Shown: positions 39,296 to 53,702 of the stretch, piece by piece
Layout: each line of letters begins with the position of its first letter
Position numbering within the stretch: the first letter of the stretch is position 1
NCBI RefSeq assembly: GCF_009914755.1
Contig: NC_060933.1
Strand: one strand, 5' to 3'
From: the human T2T-CHM13v2.0 reference genome, Homo sapiens
DNA: 64,000 bases
Notes under the pieces: model-generated
What the model saw: only the letters and a program-made list of their open reading frames with translations
Told to the model about the DNA's origin: nothing
Databases searched by the model: none
Position numbers and translations under genes: made by a program

Positions 39296-39944
39296 TACTA
39301 ATTTTTGATGGTCATCATAAAGAATGTCAGTTATGACACCTAGTCCAGTCAGTCCTTTTAGATAAGAGTTTGTTAAAGTGGATGTGAATTCCATAGTGTT
39401 CTTAGGTTATGCTTTATACTAAGTGATCTGTCACTATTCCTGGTCCTCCCTGTTTCTTAGCCTTTGCTTCTTACCATGGTATCTTATAGTTCTTCCCTTG
39501 CTCCTTTTAATCTGATCCCTCTGTCAACTAAGAAGAACTTTCCCTCTCTCCCTTCTCTCGCAAAGGAACCTAGACAACTACATGGGTCAAGTCAGTAGAT
39601 TTACATTTCCACCCAATTCCAAATAAGCATGCTAACCCTTCAAGATGTTCTTGTACAGAAAAGTGCATGGGCTTTGTAACGATAAGTTCTTTCAAGCTGC
39701 ATAATGGTCTCTTGGAGTGAGGACATTTCCACTATAGAAGCAGGTAATAGCACTATGCAGAGAGGGAATGGACAGCACAAAATCATAGAGACAGGTAAGT
39801 GCCTAGAATGTCAGAGAAAAGTTAGAATTTCCTGTGGCTAAAACATAGGTGGCTGGGAAAAGGCTGTGAAATGATGAGACTGGTGAGCTAGGGCTCAGTT
39901 CTTTAGAGTTATGTATAAGACTAAAAGAATGACTAAAATTATAA

Positions 39945-40105
39945 ACATTTTCAATATTTTAGGTATTGTGTTAAGTGTTGTGCCTGCATTATCTCATTTA
40001 ATCATCACCATAATCCTGTAAAATTTGTAACATAATTATGCCCATTTTATAGATGAGGAAACTGGGGCTTAGGAGGATTAAATCAGTGTCTTAGGGCCTA
40101 TACAA
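39945..40105 (-). mobile_element. MIR (tail resumes at 41495-41537)
   Basis: attatctcatttaatcatcacc...cccattttatagatgaggaaactggggcttaggaggattaa. Confidence 0.8.
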
Positions 40106-40193
40106 AACTGTAGTAGTCTCCCCCTTATCCATGGTTTTGCTTTCCATGGTTTAGGTTACCCATGGTCACCTACGGTCAGAAGATATCAAATGA

Positions 40194-40522
<329 letters not shown>

Positions 40523-40750
40523 AGAAAATATCAAATGAAAAATTCCATAAACAATTCATATACCTTAAATTGCATGTCATTCTGAGTAGCATAATGAAAT
40601 CTTATGCTGGCCCTCTCCATCCATCCTGCCCAGGACATAAGTCATCGCTTTATCCAGTGGATCCACGTTGAATATGCTACCTGCCTATTGTTACCTAGTA
40701 GCTGTCTTGGTTATCAAAAAAAAAAAAATAGTATCAATAGGGTTCCGTGC

Positions 40751-40786
40751 TGTATTAGGGTTCTCTAGAGGGACAGGACTAATAGG

Positions 40787-40820
<34 letters not shown>

Positions 40821-41419
40821 GTATGTATTATATATACTATATGTGTATGTATATGTATGTATTATATATGTGTGTATACATATATACATACACACACACA
40901 TATATACACACATACATACATACATACATACATATATGAAAAGGAGTTTATTAAGGAGTATTGACTCACAGGATCACAAGGTGAAGTCCCACAATAGGCC
41001 ATCTGCAAGCTGAGGAGCAAGGAAGCCAGTCCAAGACCCAAAACCTCAAAAGTAAGGAAGCCGACAGTGCAGCCTTCAGTCTGTGGCTGAAGGCCCAAGA
41101 GCCCCTAGCAAGCCACTGGTGTAAGTCCAAGAGTCCAAAAGCTGAAGAACTTGGAGTCTGATGTTCGAGGGCAGGAAGCATCCAGCATGGGAGAAAGACA
41201 AAGGCCAGAAGACTCAGCCAGTCTAGTCCTTCCATGTTCTTCTGCCTGCTTTTATCCTAGCTGCTGATTAGATGGTGCCTACCCAGATTGAAGGTGGGTC
41301 TGCCTCTCCCAGTCCACTGATTCAAATGTTAATCTCCTTTGGCAACACCTCACAGACACACCCGGGAACAATACTTTGCATCCTTCAATCCAATCAAGTT
41401 GACAATATTAACCATCACA
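40751..41419 (-). mobile_element. MLT2A ERVL solo LTR with internal TA/TATG/CA microsatellite (40787-40937)
   Basis: tgtattagggttctctagagggacaggactaatagga...ccaatcaagttgacaatattaaccatcaca. Confidence 0.93.
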
Positions 41420-41554
41420 AATACTATCCATGGTTTCAGGAATTCTCTGGGTGCCTTGAAACATATCTACCATATATAAGGCAGGACTACTGTATTTGGT
41501 TCCAAATGCTATGCTTATAACTACCATCCTATACTGTCCTAAGAATTAGTCTGT

Positions 41555-41900
41555 GGTAATAATTTTCACTCATTGTATGGGCAATGGGGAGACAGGAGAG
41601 GTTTTAAGTGAAAAAGCAATATGATGAGATTTATTTTTCGGAAAATAAGTCAGTGGTTGATTATAGAGGAGAGAAACTGAAAGCAGGGAGAACAGTCTAG
41701 ACATTCAAAATAGACATGAGCAAGACTTAAACTGAGTCTTGACAGTGGAGATGGAGAGGAGGGCAGAGACCCTAGAGACATTTCCCAGGTAAAAGCAACA
41801 GGACTTGGGGACTGGATGGATGAGGGAAAAGGAGAAGTAAAGTAAGTCACCCAAGTTTTTAGACTGCTGAATGAGTGAATGGTATGCTTCAACCATCTAT
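41555..41900 (-). mobile_element. L2
   Basis: ggagaggttttaagtg...gacagtggagatggagagg...aggtaaaagcaacaggacttggggactggatgga. Confidence 0.75.
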
Positions 41901-42889
41901 GTTGGGGCAGCATGTCTTATTCTGTCCTCTAGGAAATAGAAATATTAATGTTATCACTTAAAAAGGGGCATGTTATCATACATGATTGGATTAAACAGCA
42001 TTGTTTAATACAGGACTTGTCAACATCTTTAAAAGCTTTGTGTATTGAGAATCTCCAAGAGAACAACTCTGTATATACCGGGGGGATGTCCAATAGGCTT
42101 GGTCATATAGGTCTGAGGCTCAAGAGGAATACCTAGAGGTAGAGGTTTGGGGCTTATTTTCTTCAGCAGCAGATCTTTGATGACAGCATTTCTGTATTTT
42201 CCACCATGTCTGTTTGCTTGCTATGTGTTGCTTATTGAAGATATTTTTACAATTCTAAAACTGATGGCTATGCATCATGAGTTGAAAATGCAATGTGGAT
42301 GAGAACTAAAATATATCTACCTCTGGGTGAAACCAAATCATTTTATATACAAACAATTTACCGTTCCATTCAAATTGGCTAGTCTTTGGAACCACTGAAA
42401 TAAACTGTTCATTAACTGATTAAAAACATCTGAGATAAGATTTGATTAATTATTTTATGTGCTTCTGCAAGAATCTGGGGAATCTTGGACTTCACTGGAG
42501 CATAGGTTCAGATTAAATTCATCTCAGTTGACTGGGTACTTACTCATCTCATAGGAAAAAATCACTCATGCCACTGTTAGTAGCATCACATCAGTCCTCT
42601 GCACATTGGCAGAAATATGCTCCCAGCTGCACAAGTATGTGGTTTCTCTGATCATACAGTAAATGTACTTGTGACCTTAAATAACCCACAAGGGTGTGAA
42701 TGTCAGAGCTGGGAATCCCTTCCTGGGAACCGCAGGACAATCTGTCGACCTATCATTTTTCATCAGTGTGGGGTAGATTAACTCTTGCTATCAAAGTCCT
42801 ACCAAAACATCTAGTGCCACCATGGCTCAGTCAGTGGTAGCCAACAAACTAATGTCAGCCTTATTTTTTTCATTCTTATTCTACTCAAA

Positions 42890-43035
42890 CCTTAACCCAT
42901 AGAGAGAAGTGCTCTGTACGCTTTATAGATATTAACCTTCAACCCCATAAGGTAGCATCATAATTGACCCTATTTAGTAAATGAGGGAGATGAGGTACAG
43001 AAAGATGAATGCAGTTGCCCAAGATCACAGAGCCT
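42890..43035 (-). mobile_element. MIR
   Basis: caaccccataaggtag...aaatgagggagatgaggtacagaaagatg...ttgcccaagatcacag. Confidence 0.65.
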
Positions 43036-43789
43036 CACATAGCAGAATGATTCTTTCCATCCACAGGGCATCTGAAAATGGATCATATTATAATACTTCC
43101 AGCAGAATTTCCCGAGCTTCGTTCACATACTGCATATCCACATGCTAGCTTTAATAGTATTTATTTACTGTATTTAAAAAATCAATACACTTTAAAAACT
43201 TTAGCTTTTGTCCAAAGAATAGAATATATAAACTCACAGCATTGATGTGGCAGTTAAATCTTTCCTCTAAACCACAAGAAAATGGGCTCATGGCTATTTT
43301 AAATTTTTGTCTTTCCTAAAATTTATTTTATAACCATCTATGGATGCTCACTTTTCCTCTGAGCAGCTTACACCATAAACTAGAAAGTTATTCATTCCGA
43401 ACATTAAATATGTGCAGTCATTCAACACGGTTAACATTTATAGAGTACCTGCTACTATGTTCAGGGCAGCGTGCCACATTAATTCTTCATTCCACATCTC
43501 CTCCTCCGTGAAGCTAAACCTGATAAGCAGAGCCCACATAGAGTTCTACCCCATCTTGGTCTGAGAGTGTGCAGGAGATAATTGAGCATTTCGTGGTCCT
43601 GTTCTATTCCCTAACTATGTCTTCTCTCCCAGGAAAATGTTAGTCCCTCGAGAATATTACCATTAAATCTCCCATTACCACTAGTAACAGAGCCTTGAAC
43701 TTCATGCTAGTGAGTGAAAACACAATCATTAATGCCCATGGTGAAAACAGTCAGATCTAAAAACAGGAAGAGAAGGAGAAACACCCAGT

Positions 43790-43970
43790 TATTGAGACCC
43801 CACTATTGCTGAGCATCCTTCCATCATTATCTTACTCGTTTGTAATTAATCTTCACAGCAGCCGTGTGTACTAGGAAACTGAGGTAAAGATAGACCAAGT
43901 AGATTGCAGAAGTTCACATAGCTGGCAGGTGGCAGAGCTGGGATTAGAATGGTGATCTGCCTGGCTCCAG
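43790..43970 (-). mobile_element. MIR
   Basis: taatcttcacagcagcc...aggaaactgagg...ggcagagctgggattagaa. Confidence 0.65.
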
Positions 43971-45434
43971 GTGAGCTGCTGTTTCCATTGCAACAGGCTG
44001 CTGCACCTGCTTCTAGTGGAAAAGAACACATTAAATGGAGTGATGACAATCTCCTTCGTCAGGGAAAGACACTGCAAAGTCTCATTATCTCAGCTGTCCT
44101 CTGCTGCCAATTGCTAAATTTTAAGGCAATAACAAACTGTGACCATTGGCAAAAAACAAAAACAAAACAAAAAAAACAAACTATGGAAAGACAGCCTTAG
44201 CATGAATAACCAGGGTAATTACCCATGCACACAATAAATTCTGTGGGCAAGAGTCCTGACCAAGCTCTCACCCTCCTTTCTGAGTCATACAAATTCCTGA
44301 CTAGAACATTGCCAATTGGTTTATGTCCCAATGTGTTGGGCACCTGTGGGTCTAGCAGCTGCAAGGTTTTTCACGTTCGCTCATTCACAGTAGTTTAACA
44401 AGTCATGCCCAAGAGGAATTGAGGACCAGGCTCTTGACTCTGTTGAAGCATCACTTACCACTCTCAGATTGAGAGCCAGGAGTTGGCATGCTATGAGGGA
44501 ATGCCCAAGTTGGCAAGCAGAGTGGCTTCCCAAGGACCTCTGAGGGCCTCTGCATATGTGAGGATCGGACATGGGCTGCCATCTACTTCCCTGAAGATAG
44601 TGTAGCTTCATGCACCGGTCCTCAACAACTCTCTACAGCACCCTGAGCTCCTTCCTTTAGTCTGCCCTAGAACCAGCTTATGCTATTGAAGCCTTTGCAC
44701 ACTCTGCAGAGACATACTTCACTGAGAGGTCTCTTCCAATGTACCAATATACAGAGTGAGCGGGTGGGATTTGAGAAGTCTGTTTTCCAGAGAATGGAGA
44801 TATCACTAATTAAAAATGACTAAAACAACACCCTTTACCTTAAAATGTCATGGACATTGAATTTCAGTAGGAGGAAATGCCATGGCGATTTAATTTGGCG
44901 GATGGTGAGGGGATTTAACCCCTGTGGTAGTTAATATCTCAGGCCTTTTTTTTTTTTTCTCCATAGAAGGATAATTATTTCCCTTAAGTAGGAATATGAT
45001 AGGGATTGAGGATTGAAATCTGGTACATAAACTTGCAACAAATATTGGCTCCTTTTTTCCTCTTTCTTCTTTCACGCGTACCTTTTAGACTTAAAAATCA
45101 TATCTCAATTTAAAAATTAAAATATTAATCAATTCAACATTAAACTTTTCCCTCATGACTTCTATTTTAGAAATATGTTCATCCTTCAGTCTCTTTTATA
45201 ACACACATGCCACAGAGGTAAAGAGAGCGTGGAGGTTATGTGTGGGTGCCTTAGAATGTCCTGGCTCTGGGGAAGGAAAGAAAAACAGAACTTTATTCCC
45301 AGAGTACACTCATCCTATGAGCCACAGGACTTAGGCTGTGATGGGGCCATGTGAGAATACCTGAGGACCAGGGTCTTTTTCATAAGAACACTAGATATTT
45401 TGAGCCAACTCCCTCCTACTAGCAAGGAGAGGTT

Positions 45435-45650
45435 AAGAATGATCATAACTAATGTTCATTTAGGTACCAGACATTCTTTGAAGCATTTAACACATTTAAA
45501 CTCTTTGACCTTCTTTACAGAAATATTATTCTGCTATAATCTTTACTGTAGACATGAGGAATTTGAGGCACAGAGCAGTTAGCTAGTTAGTTCAAGATCA
45601 TCCAGTTGATAAGTGAGGGAGCCCATATGCAAATCTAGGCAGTGCACCCC
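45435..45650 (-). mobile_element. MIR
   Basis: gtaccagacattctttgaagcatttaac...tagacatgaggaatttgaggcacagagcagtta. Confidence 0.7.
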
Positions 45651-46325
45651 AGCATCTAGCCCTCAATCACTCACCATTTCCTGATGTTCAACAGATGGGG
45701 CAGGCATCATGTGCTTAGTCAAGGCAGCCTGGCCTAGGCCCCTCTCCTCTTTAGAGATGAACACGCATACACACTGCTGAGCTAACTTCTTAGAGGCTAT
45801 CTGGGGAGAAAGGTAGACTGGATTCTTTGGGTAAAGTAAAGGGAAGGTTGGAAGAGAACCACTACTTTCAACCTTTTTAAGAAGATGCATGCTTCAAGAC
45901 AGGTGTTTCAGAGACATAGAGCTAGAAGAGTAAAATTAGCAAAGATGCTTGTAACTGTGCATGCATGAACTATGTAAGGAGCATGGGGTGTCAGATAGGG
46001 TAAAGTTGGGAAAGAAATATGGTGCTGTGAAGAAAAGGCTGGCTTCAGATTTCAGAGAATTTTCTTTGCATCAAAGGGTTTGATTTTACTGTTCAGGGTA
46101 ATGCTTCACCAACTTTTCTATTCTGTTTTAGGAGAGTGATTGAATATTTTCATAAGTCCTTGGGCATGGTCAGAAGCCAGTGACTCCTGTGAAATTCCTC
46201 TGAAATACCATATTTAGTCTCTAATATTTGAGTCGATTATGTGTTCCACTCCGTAACATATTTATATTTGTTAATATATGAATACATCACATTCATCACT
46301 CTTGGCGTTAAAGAAGATCCATCAA

Positions 46326-46653
<328 letters not shown>

Positions 46654-47914
46654 CTATGCCTTCACACCCTCCATAACGAGTAACACCTTACCCCAAGTGG
46701 TACGTTTCCCTGGTTTGAGAATTGTAGCTCTAGTTATAAGGAGCCATTAGAAGGTATTAAACTAAGTAGCAACATTATTAGATTTGAATTTTAGAAAGCG
46801 CTCAGTGGTAAAAGCATGGAGAATGAAGTAAAGGAGAACAAGACAAAAGAGAGGGAGACAACGAGTTGGGAGACTGTCCATTATTGCAGGCAAAAGATGG
46901 TGAAAAAAAAAAGGCAAAAAAAGCAAACAATTTGCTGAGCTCTTCAACTAGGCATGCTTCTTGAGAATAATTACGAGAGAGAGCACAGAGCATTTTCCTC
47001 AAGACAAGAAGAGAGATTTAGAACTTAGTCATCACAATTTTACTGTTTCTTCTTAATAATTTTTGGAATCTGGTCTTGGTGCTAGATTTGCAATAATCAG
47101 ACTAGGTGTGAGTTTAGGGAACCAGCAAAGCAGGGGCACAGAAAGAAAGAGAAAGAGAAAGAGAGAAATTAGAATAAAGATAATTCCAGTACCCATTTAA
47201 GCTTTATGTCACCTCAAAAAGTAAGTTTACTTTACAGTTTGATACAACTTTGATTTTGACTTTCATATGGAAGTGGACGTACCATATTAGTTTAGGCCAT
47301 GATACCTTTTACATTCTTAAGCTATTCCTTGGAGTGAGGAACTGAGGTCCCCATTTGTGAGCCCAAGAAGATCAGAGGAGGTGGTCAGGATCATTCAGCA
47401 CACTCTCAGCAAGTGTCAGACTCACCCAACAACAGAAAGGGAAACCCCAGTCACAGATCCACTATTATAGAAGGGGAGAGGTAAACAGAGAGAATTTACT
47501 GAGTGGTTAGAAATGATTCCACTCATGAAAAAACAGGCGTACAACAGCAGCTAGGAGTGAGCAAGACAAACTCCAGTCTTCAGAATTACACACAGATTCA
47601 GCTCTGTTGAGATCTTACTTGATGACATGGTTGGACTCAGGCAACACATTTTATTTGCCAATGAAACTGTATTTGGATAAATAGTTAATTTGCCTGTGTC
47701 CCTCACTGCAAAAGAGAAGCTCTTATTTCCTTCTCAGTTTGAATCAGATTTGAATCAGAATTTTATCAATAGAAGATTCAGCATTAATTTTCTCTGGCTC
47801 TTTCCAATAGGCCCTCCTAGTTACTATCTCTTAGTTCATACCTGGCATCCTTATATTTTTGGGAAAAAAGCCAATACTATTAAGGATAAGCCATACAATA
47901 ATAAAAATTATATT

Positions 47915-48100
47915 AATAATAATGCATCTCTCACTATTTAGCACTTACTCTGTGCCGGAAGCTGTGGTAAGTAATTTACATTCATTGTCTCAATTGGTCT
48001 TCACAATGAAACAACAAAATCTGTAATTATCATTTTCTCCATTTTAGAGATGGGAGATTGAGATTTAGACATGGCAGGGCTAGGATTCAAACTCTGGCAG
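47915..48100 (-). mobile_element. MIR
   Basis: tatttagcacttactctgtgccgg...ctccattttagagatgggagattgagatttagac. Confidence 0.75.
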
Positions 48101-48899
48101 ATGAACTCTGAGTGTGCCCCTCTTCAGAAATGGGTCTTCCATTCAGACCCATTCAGGGGTTAACTCAGCCTGAACTCGCCCACACATACCCTGTTTTGAG
48201 CTCAACTTCCTTCTGGCAGCAGTACTTCCTGAAGCCTGTCAATGATTCACTTCCGGGTCACCTCTACCCTCTGTGAGCCTTGTGAGACATTTTAAATGCC
48301 AGAGCCACATTCATTCATTGTAGCTCCAGCATTTCTTTTCCTAGGGACATGCTATTTTCATTAGGATTAAAACAGCCCCCAGCAATAAATATTAAAAACC
48401 TGCCCAGTGAAAAGAGCAGCTTCCTCAGAAGCTTATGAGGATTAGAATTTTTAAGCAGGCCCCGCTTCCTATGACCACCCCTCTTCTCCATCCCTTTGTG
48501 TGCTCCCACATGGGTGTGCTTTCAGCATCAATCAGATTTGCTGTTTTGCTCAAATCCGTTCATACTAATTGTCTGCCCATATTGCTGTGTGCTCTGGACA
48601 GAATGGTCTGGGAGAAATAGAAACTCACTCCTTCTCCCACCCCTGGGGGGATTCAGATTTTGTGTGCTTGATCTTTGTTGGTGGCAAGATAAAAATGCTT
48701 GCTATACATAGCAGCTTTCCTCCTTCATGTTCAACGGCAGCCCTGATGATGGGGGACCTCAGCCATCCTATTTGTTCTAAAGCCACCCACAGAAGAATCA
48801 GACCAGCAGAAGCCAGAAATAAGCTAGCTGGGGCTGCAAGTCTCTTTGTGTGTGGTGATATAGCAGAGAGACTTGGGAAAGTCAATTATTTTCAGTATG

Positions 48900-49030
48900 A
48901 GTTTTGGTTCCACTGCTTCATGGTGTAAGATGGGGATCCCCAATTTGTTCATCTGTAAAATGAAGATGCTAATGCCTACCCACTGGGGCTATTGGGAGAA
49001 TTAAAGACCTATATAAAGTGTTTAGTGCAA
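48900..49030 (+). mobile_element. MIR
   Basis: caatttgttcatctgtaaaatgaagatgctaatgcctacc...gagaattaaa. Confidence 0.7.
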
Positions 49031-49834
49031 GACTTGGAGCAGGGAGCCACGGCTTTGCCTGTCACTCCTTCCCCTCTCTGGCTGGAAGCCTGAGTAGTAG
49101 GTGAGGCATTTATTATCCATGTTCATTAACATCCCTGAAGACTTGTGGTTCCTGTATTGAAAACCACACTGAGTGTTCCCAGTTAATTGGGTGTCCTTGG
49201 GCCTGAGTTTCTCTACACAAATATATGAGCTTGGGATTTTTAAAAAGTATACAGTAATTATATTCTTGGACAAATGGTACATTTTCTAGAAAAGCACAGA
49301 GAATTCTTTCAGCACTCAGGGCTAGGTAGGAATTGCTTGATGTATGGGTAGCAACTCATAGTAACTAATGATTTACAATAAATACTCCAACAAAGAAAAG
49401 TCTGAGTAAACTCTATATTTCATCCTCATGGCAATGAGCTACAAAAGGTTTGCATTTTAAATCAACTGGTGGTTGTACCCCAGAAGGATGTGGTCTAAAT
49501 AGATTTGTGTGACAGGGTAATTACTCATCACGGAAAGGATCCCAGCTGTCATCATGGTTTCTCACTAAGCAGTCAGTGAGTGAGCAGTTATGGAATTACA
49601 GGGCTGACCTCCTGTGTCCTGCCTTACAGTCATCCTGAGCCAGAGTCACAGAGTTTCATCAGGGGGACCCAGGAGGCACAAAGCAGTCAACACCCATGGC
49701 TGAGAATCAAAGTCTAGAAGGGGCCTGTTTTCAACCTCTTCATCCGGGTCACTGGTGGCAATTTTGCCAAGTGACTAAAGAGCTAGACTAGGAGTTCCCC
49801 AGTTCAGGGTCTTAATGGCCTGAATGTTCAAGAC

Positions 49835-50260
49835 AGTGTGGAGAGGTTCAGAGACTGCAGTCTTTGGGGTTACACAGACCTGTGCTGGAGTCTCAGTCTT
49901 TGGGGTTACACAGACCTGTGCTGCTGCTCACTTTGTGATCGATCTGCAACTAAAAAACCACATTTCTCTGATTTACTATTTTTCTAGCTGTAAAATGGAG
50001 GTAATAATTCCTACTTTAAAAGATTTTAAACTAGTATGTATGGAAATGGTTGGCACTTAATGAACATTATTATTTCACCTTTTGAAGTACCATTAGGTGC
50101 CAGAAACTGTGCTAAGCATATTACATGGACTTTGCTCATAACAGCTCCCTATTTTATGGATAAGGAATTGGAGGAATCTTGCCCAAGTAGCTAGTATGCA
50201 GCTAGTTAGTAGCAGAGACAGAATTTGACCTAGGCAGGTTGGATCCAGACTGCCCTATAA
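49835..50260. mobile_element. Two MIRs in opposite orientation (about 49835-50075 plus, 50085-50260 minus)
   Basis: ctgtaaaatggaggtaataattcctac; cctattttatggataaggaattgg...cttgcccaag. Confidence 0.7.
49858..49923 (+). repeat. Perfect 30-bp duplication with a 6-bp spacer
   Basis: cagtctttggggttacacagacctgtgctg at 49858-49887 and 49894-49923. Confidence 0.95.
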
Positions 50261-52359
50261 TCATCAGAGGGTGAAAACATACCTTCAACTGGAGTTTCAG
50301 AGACTTTTGTGCCAGTTCTTGATAAACATTGTATAGGTATAAACTCTATCTTCAAAAAGTTTATCCAGTCTCATTGGAGGACAAGGGAGAAACATCAGAA
50401 CACAAACGGCCCTGAGAATAGACCACCTGGCAACAAACAATAACTGCTGTAGGAGCTCAGTGAAGATAAGGAACTCACGACACATGGATCTCTTCTCCCG
50501 CAGTCTCCATATCTGCCACATTTTTTTGCACTGGAGTTTCTTATGTGTCAGTGTTATATAATTTTAAGGCTCTGATTTTGAACTAAAGAATGGACCCCAG
50601 TTTTGCCTTAAGCATAAAGACAGGAAATATACATGCCCTAGAGACTAAGTTAACAGTAAAATGTGAGACTGTTCCTCCTCTATACACAGAGAAAACTTTC
50701 ATGGGAAAAACAGGATCACTGTTGAGACAGAAAAGTTATGTATGAGAGGGTGTGGAGGACGGAAGGAGGCAGGAAGCATAACTTGGAATTATTGCTTTTT
50801 AAGCTTAGAAGGGTCATCTGACCCTAATGGATAGTAAGATGAATATTATCTTGGTATCCAAGAGCAAAGATCACGTTTTGAGGCCCTTTCTCTCCCCATC
50901 CATTGCTCTAATGGGCCCACCCTCACTTTAAAAATAAACAATCAAATGCAAACGTGGCAGTTGCATTTTGTGGGCCACAAAGGAGAAAGTTAAAGCCTGG
51001 AGGATCAGCACTTCGTTTCTGATGGCAGAGCCTGCATTGTCCCTGCTGCGCCAGACATCCTGTCCTCTTAGATCCAGCAATGAGTGGGCTGAGGATAGGA
51101 GGGAGTGTGCATCCACCTTCCTGCAAAGCTGCAGGTTTACCTGTGGAGAGTGCTCTGCATGCCTCACAACGCACCCTCTCACCCTCCTGGCACTCTATTT
51201 TGGCTCAGGTCTGCATGGAGAGAAGGGAACTGTCCTGCGGAAGAAATCTGGAAGGGGGTTAAGCCTAGCAGGAAGGGGAAGAAGCCAAGGCAACCAATTA
51301 ATTTTCCTTTGCTGCTTAAATCATTCTCGCCCAATCTGCTGAGCTGAGAATAAGCATAACTGTCCCCAAGGTGTCAAGGCCCTGCCTTTTTTGGGTAAAT
51401 CACATGGGAATCAAAAATAGAACCACTGTGAAAAAAGGCGTCTCAGTCCACCCTCCACTGGCAATGGCTGAGTTTGGTGGATATTCATCTCTATTCCATG
51501 TCATCCGCCAACTTTGAGGCCTGCTTGCCACATCACCAAAGAGGTTGCTAAGCATCTTCCTACCGAGTCTTTAAGATTTGTTACATGGATTTGGGCATTA
51601 TACAGACATGTCTTTTATTTATGATGCCTCTGGTTAAAGGTTGCCTCTCCCAAAGAAAAAAAGCTTCACAAAGCAACACCTACTTTGATCCAGCACTAAA
51701 ATATTTAGTAGAGTGCTATCTCCCAAAATGTGTTTATTGAAACATCAGTTCTGTGATATATTCCCAGAAAAATGTACTTCATGGAAAATATGTAAGTCCA
51801 CATAAGAATACTAAAGGTAAGAATACTGTTTATGTGAGTTTAATACAGCATTTCTAAAATTTATTTATTGATAGAATTCTTTTGATTTTCAAAAGTTTGA
51901 GGCAGTCCTCAGGGCTGAGGACTAAAGCCCTGCTTTAGTGGAACATACTTAGGTAAATGCTGATGAATCCACAACGATTGTTTTAGTACCACCACCTCTG
52001 GTGCAGAGACAAGCATTCTGCTTGTCACCACAAGATTTCAACATCGGAAGAGTAATAGTAATACCAATAGCACTACCATTTCACCCCAACTCTGTGTCTA
52101 CGTAGGCTGTTGAGCCAGCACTGATGTACCAGTAGTTGAAAGGTGTCTCTGAGCAATGCACAAAAGGCTGCCATGTTAGAAAAATGATTAGCACTTTATT
52201 CTACCAAAAGGCTTACTGCAAGCTACAAACCTTTTTTTTTTTTTTTTTTCAGTAACAATTATTAGTTTGGTACCCTTTTGAAAAGATAATAGCATAACAC
52301 CAGGAAAATCTACTCAGGGTATAATCAGGCATAAGCACAAAAGGAGTGTCACTGCACTT

Positions 52360-52510
52360 ACTGTTAAAACAAACTCAGGTACCCTTATTAGACCCATTTT
52401 GTAGATGAGTAAACTGAAGATAACATACTTCAATGTCCCACTGCTGGTACATCACAGAGTTAGGACTTGAACTCAGGCAATCATAGTTGAGAGCTCACTC
52501 TCTTAACCAC
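52360..52510 (-). mobile_element. MIR
   Basis: cccattttgtagatgagtaaactgaaga...taggacttgaactcaggc...ctcttaaccac. Confidence 0.7.
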
Positions 52511-52762
52511 AGATGGGACAGGTAAATGATGGAAACTCCAGACTGGTGCACTCACAGTGACTGTCACCAAGGAGGTCACAGAAGTTTCTGGTTTGTCTTC
52601 TTCCATATATAGAACAGCCAAACACTTCTGGATTTTTCCTCCCTCCTTGCCCACTGCCCATGTCTGGTGGTTTCAGGAGGGGACAACAGCAGGGCTGGCT
52701 GTATTCCACATAACAGGGTTTTTCTTAGCTGTAGCCTCCACACACATCCTCCACCTACCTGT

Positions 52763-52924
52763 AGGGCTGACTCTACGGATGTACAACCAATACATTCACA
52801 AATGGCCCCGTGTTTAGATGGCTCTGTGCTTGGTTTAATGGTCTGTTGTCAGCATCCTGAAATTCTTAATAGCTTTCGAAAAGGGGACCTGTACTAGGCC
52901 CCATAAATGATAAATCTGGTTCTG
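52763..52924. mobile_element. MER91-like hAT-Tip100 element
   Basis: tgcttggtttaatggtctgttgtcagcatcctgaaattcttaata...aaggggacc...aggccccataaat. Confidence 0.65.
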
Positions 52925-53489
52925 CCTGCCTATTTGGCATTCATTTTGTTTGTTGAATTAGATATGGTGGTAAGGGAAGGATTTTGTGTAACAAATCTAT
53001 ATGAGAGGATTCCCCCAAAATGTATAAAGAATGGTCACTGCAGATAATATATGGCAACTAACCAAACACTTGAACACGTAACACACTTATACAAAACTAT
53101 GCCCATGACCACAGGCAAAATGATGCTTGTAAGACTCTAATCCAGCAATTAGCCACATAGCCACATATCCACAAGTCAGCCAAAATCCACTCTTGTTTTC
53201 TCTGTCGATATGGTGAGCATGCTATTGTCAGAGAGAAATGCACCACTGTAGGAGAAACTACTTCGTCTTATGAGATTTGATTTAGAAATTTCAAGCTATC
53301 AAAATGTTCCTACATTTTGGTACAGTAGTCCTACTTTGGGGAATTTAGACTCAGGAAATCCTTTTTTTTTAAAGTATGAACCCTCATATTCCTTGAGGTA
53401 TTAGTAAGAAGACAAGAGAAAACCCCCCAAATGTTCAAAAACGGGGTATGATTAAATAAATTATAGATTCCACTTGATAGAATGAATGT

Positions 53490-53702
53490 CAGGGGTTGGC
53501 ATTTAAAGGGCCAGGCAGTAAATACTTTATGCTTGTGGGTCATAGGGTTTCTGTCACAACTACTAGCTCTGCTGTTGTAGCATGAAAGCAGCCATGGGCA
53601 ATACAAAAATGAATGGATGTAGCTGTATTCCAATAAAACTTTATTTATAAAAACAGGTAGTGGACCAGATTTGACTGGCAAGAAGTAGCTTGCCAATGCC
53701 TA
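53490..53702 (+). mobile_element. MER58A (hAT-Charlie) inside an old L1ME-like 3' fragment (about 53380-53910)
   Basis: caggggttggca...aaagggccaggcagtaaatact...gctgtattccaataaaactttattt...tagcttgccaatgcct. Confidence 0.85.

Noticed and set aside
44213-44224. 12-bp palindrome gggtaattaccc
   Set aside because: Palindromes of this length are expected by chance in 64 kb
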